Below, piece after piece: positions 60,563 through 64,000 of a stretch of 64,000 nt of DNA (its first letter is position 1; every line of letters starts with the position of its first letter). A program made the position numbers and the translations under genes. This stretch comes from Glaucostegus cemiculus (lineage: Eukaryota). Below the pieces are notes generated by a model. It did no database searches and was not told where the DNA came from. It saw only the letters and a program-made list of their open reading frames with translations. Where the stretch lies: NCBI GenBank assembly GCA_976551045.1, contig CDPCPM010000151.1:9610001-9674000 (forward strand), read 5' to 3'.

Positions 60563-62422
60563 GTTAGTTGAACCAAAAACAACTTCTCTACAAATGCATG
60601 AATACTAGTCAAACTCTCATATCTTAAAGAGCACAAATGGAAATGAGAGAAACACTTGCATCCAACAGAAATAAATGCCATTGGACCTAAACTCTAGGCC
60701 AGAAAGTGTAAAGGATTGAAAGTGCAAAGTTTGATGGCATGGATTTCAGGGTGTTTTTTGGAAATGTGCAAGGTGGATGGTTTGTTGGGAGGAAGGGTTG
60801 GGGACTGGGCAGGCTGACTAAATTGAAGTCAGCAGCCTTGTTGCACAAACCTAGACTTCCACAGAATTAAAGATTAACATGACTATCACAGAGTGCAGTT
60901 TCCACAAAATGCAGATTCTACTGTATAAACAACAGAGATTTGATGAACAAGGGGATTCATTGAAGCAGGATCAGAGGTACTGCCTGGCATTAAACAATGA
61001 GTCATATGGAAGTAATAATTATTTAATCATTAACTTAAATTTACAGCTTAAATTATGAAACTAAGTTTACAAAAAGATGATGCAATCCAATCAGAGTAAC
61101 AAATTAATAGGATGTATATCTAGGCAGGAAACAAACAAGAAATATAAGGTTCTCTACATCATAGGTGTGCAACAAAGGACTCTTGCTTGCAATCTTTGTG
61201 CCGTGTGGAACGTTCCAGATTTATTACAAGGCCTCAGAGGCACATTGATGACTCCTATCTGATTCTGCTCAAGTTCAGAACTCGAGAGACAGCTGGAGTC
61301 ACTGCAGAGCATTAGAAAGGGTGGAAATTTCTTGGCCTGTATTTCCAGGAGGTGGGCACACTGCAGTCACAGAGAGTTTGGGATGGCATTTGTGTGGTCA
61401 TCCAAAAAGGCTGGGAGAAACTATCAGAGTTGATGCCAATCGCAAACCAGTAATTGGCATTGGAGATTGATGGAAGTAATGAGACCTGTTCAAGGCAACA
61501 TAGATTTGGAATTTTGAGCAGAAGATACAAGGGGGTGAGTGGAGGAAGTTTGGGAGGGGGGTGGGGAATGAGGGAAAAAGGGCACCTTCATTCAAGTAGC
61601 TAAGATCTGAAATTCACTGCCTGTAAGAATGGTGGAAACAGAATCAATTAGTGCCTTCAAAAGGGAACTGGCTGGGCATCTGAGAGAGGAGAATTTTCAG
61701 GACTATGGGAAATGAGTCTTGGGATGGAATTGGTATACCAGGAGCTGGCATAGACTCAATGAGCGATAAGGCCTCCTTCTGGCTCATAACCATCTGTGGT
61801 TCTAATTACCTCTGCCATAGGTGATCTGGGGGAATAAAATCAATTTGGCTGAAACTACAGCAACAGGGCTGTGGAATGTTCAGAGCATACTGCAGCCCTG
61901 GTCCATGTACATTCACTAACTGGTAAAATTGTATGGTGGGTAGGTCTGTTTCTTGAATGTGAAGCATTATGGGTATTTCAGTTGCTACTGTTGACCAATT
62001 GCTGGGTGAACTAATATGTCAGGTGATCAAATGCGAGACCACTGGCAGAAGATAATGTCCTGCAAACTCAGAGAATATGGTTCAACAGCCTTGGAAACCT
62101 AAGTCCAAGGAATGCCAGAGCAGCAGGAATCAAAGGGCAAGGATAGAGTATCCTGAGGATTGCTGTCAGGTCAGTTGGTGTGAGAACCGTCTAACATAGA
62201 CTTGGGTGGTACTGAATAAGAAAGGTGTGTAGATGTGCAGCAGACACATCATTAGTGGCTATATTGATATAACAATTGGACAACATCCCAAACCTGAAGT
62301 TAATCTGGGATTGATTCCTAATGATTACTTATTGGCCCTGAAAGAGGGAAAAGAATGAAGATACAGAGTTACTTCCATTGTAGAGTTCTGATGTAATGGC
62401 ACTTTTACTCTCCTTATTGCAG

Positions 62423-62730
62423 CATTGTTTGAGATGTTATCAAAAGCACAAAGTTGCCGTGTCAATGATCAGCGTGGCCTTCTGAAGAAGGAAGACTTGG
62501 TGCTTCCAGACTTTCTGCAGCTTCCCGAAGAGTTGGCTGAGGTCTGTCTTCATTCGCCTGAATCAGAAACAGGGAGAGAAAAAGGTGCTGGATATCTAAC
62601 CCAGCCCGAGGGAGGTGCAGCCGAGGGTGATCAAACGCCAGGGGTTTCTGGTGAGAAACCAGCCCCAAGAACATCCACTTCACAGGACACGCAGCTGGGA
62701 GATTCAACGGGCACCCGGACAAACGTCTAA
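62423..62730 (+). CDS. RGS14: RGS14 last coding exon, GoLoco motif and C-terminal tail ((A)[34 protein letters not shown]...GTRTNV*)
   Basis: ccttattgcag| acceptor, phase 1; GoLoco DQR triad at 62467-62475; stop TAA 62728-62730 followed by in-frame TGA. Confidence 0.95.
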
Positions 62731-63619
62731 TGAAAGAAACAGCTTGTGTGTGTGTGTGGCTGACAGAAGTCAAGACAAAGCAGGAGCCTCTCACACCAAC
62801 TGTCCCCCTTCTGCCCATTCCCTCTGTCAGTAGTGGGGGCAATGGTTGTCAGACCAGGGAGACAATCAATTACCCCCTGTCCCCACCCTCAAGTCGCAAT
62901 GAGCCACACTGCTGAAGCCTTCAGCACCTTGCCAAGTGGAACTGCATCAACTCCCATTCGGGTTGCAAACACCTCTTTTTCTTTATGGTTCTATGATTCC
63001 ATGAACTCTATGCTCAAGGCACTTTACTTCAAACAAACTGTGAAAGAATAATGGTGAATACTGAATCAAATCATCCCTATCAAAGTAAGCAAAACCTAAT
63101 GAAGGATGCTTTGTTTCATGACTTATTCTGTTTAAATATCCAGCTGATACTACTGAGATCTTGGGCCTGAATAAGCTGAGCTCAGAGGACTTGTTTAAAT
63201 TATACTCCCAACCTTTTCACACCAAGAGGAATGAACATTTGTTGGGGAGGTTCAGCTTTACTACTGGATACCTGGATCAAAGATGCAAGCACCTGACTGA
63301 TAATTCTAACCGTTTTAAGGATCGGTCCAAAGTGACTTCAGCCAATTCAAAGGACATGTATTTATCGAATCTCCAATTTGTTTACATATATCATTTGTTG
63401 TCGTTGAGTCTTTGTGTACTTTTGGTTTGCCAATCAGTTAATGAATGTGAGTCTCAGGGAATTGCACTTGTCCCCATCCAGGACTGAGGTTATGGCAGTT
63501 TGCAACACTGAATGTTTGGGCAATGATAATATGGTGTTATTTGTGGTGTGTTAATGTTGTGTGCTAAGCTGCGGTTTCCAACTTGGGTGTATGTAATATG
63601 CATGGGAATCCCCAACAAC

Positions 63620-63625
63620 AATAAA
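63620..63625 (+). promoter_or_regulatory. Candidate polyadenylation signal AATAAA of RGS14
   Basis: Canonical AATAAA about 890 nt downstream of the stop codon; usage not verifiable from sequence. Confidence 0.45.
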
Positions 63626-64000
63626 AACTGTTCATTGTGGATATAATCCAAAGAATGTTCAAACCCTCAGAGGAACACTAGCCTGCTGCTTCAGTGGGAC
63701 TGTTTCAGATGGTTTCTTTTGAATAACTAGGCTGTATAGTTTACTGATCTTAAAGGAATATTTTTATACTCTTGAGCCAAAACTAACTTCCTTTTCAAAT
63801 CATGGCCAGATAATACAATATCACTAAATATCATAGAATCATACAGCATGAAAACAGGCTATTCTACCCACCATATCATCTATCAGTTCTTTATATGCAG
63901 TGGTAGTGCATGTAAACCTAAGAAATAACTTGCTTATGTTCCTAGGCTTGGTGTAGGTATGGCCTTGTATGAATATTTTTGAGAGAAATGTGTCAATGCT

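Noticed and set aside
4488-62730. Calling the gene RGS12
   Set aside because: No PDZ/PTB exons were recognised, the N-terminus and most diagnostic blocks match RGS14, and the C-terminal tail is short.

Overview
Eukaryotic vertebrate genomic DNA. The repeat content (CR1/HER1-type LINEs, tRNA-derived V-domain SINEs, Deu-domain SINEs, Penelope remnants) points to a cartilaginous fish (shark/ray). One plus-strand multi-exon gene spans almost the whole window: an RGS14 orthologue (RGS domain, tandem Ras-binding domains, GoLoco motif). I traced 14 coding exons by hand from ATG 4488 to TAA 62730 (about 619 aa). All splice phases are consistent except one: the short phase0-to-phase1 micro-exon expected between the first two mapped exons could not be located. 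The introns are dense with retroelement relics. The most striking non-genic signal is a family of short Penelope-derived elements carrying a minimal hammerhead-ribozyme signature (consensus CAGTC-CTGATGA-AGGGTCTCGACCC-GAAA-CGTC-GACTG). They occur as single copies and as self-complementary inverted units flanked by 10-15 bp target-site duplications. One composite insertion joins a Penelope RT fragment, a CR1 fragment, a 28S rRNA (sarcin-ricin loop) fragment and a Penelope tail between ~117-bp direct repeats. Comparisons to known proteins and repeats are from memory; no database searches were run, and repeat boundaries are approximate unless a TSD is given.
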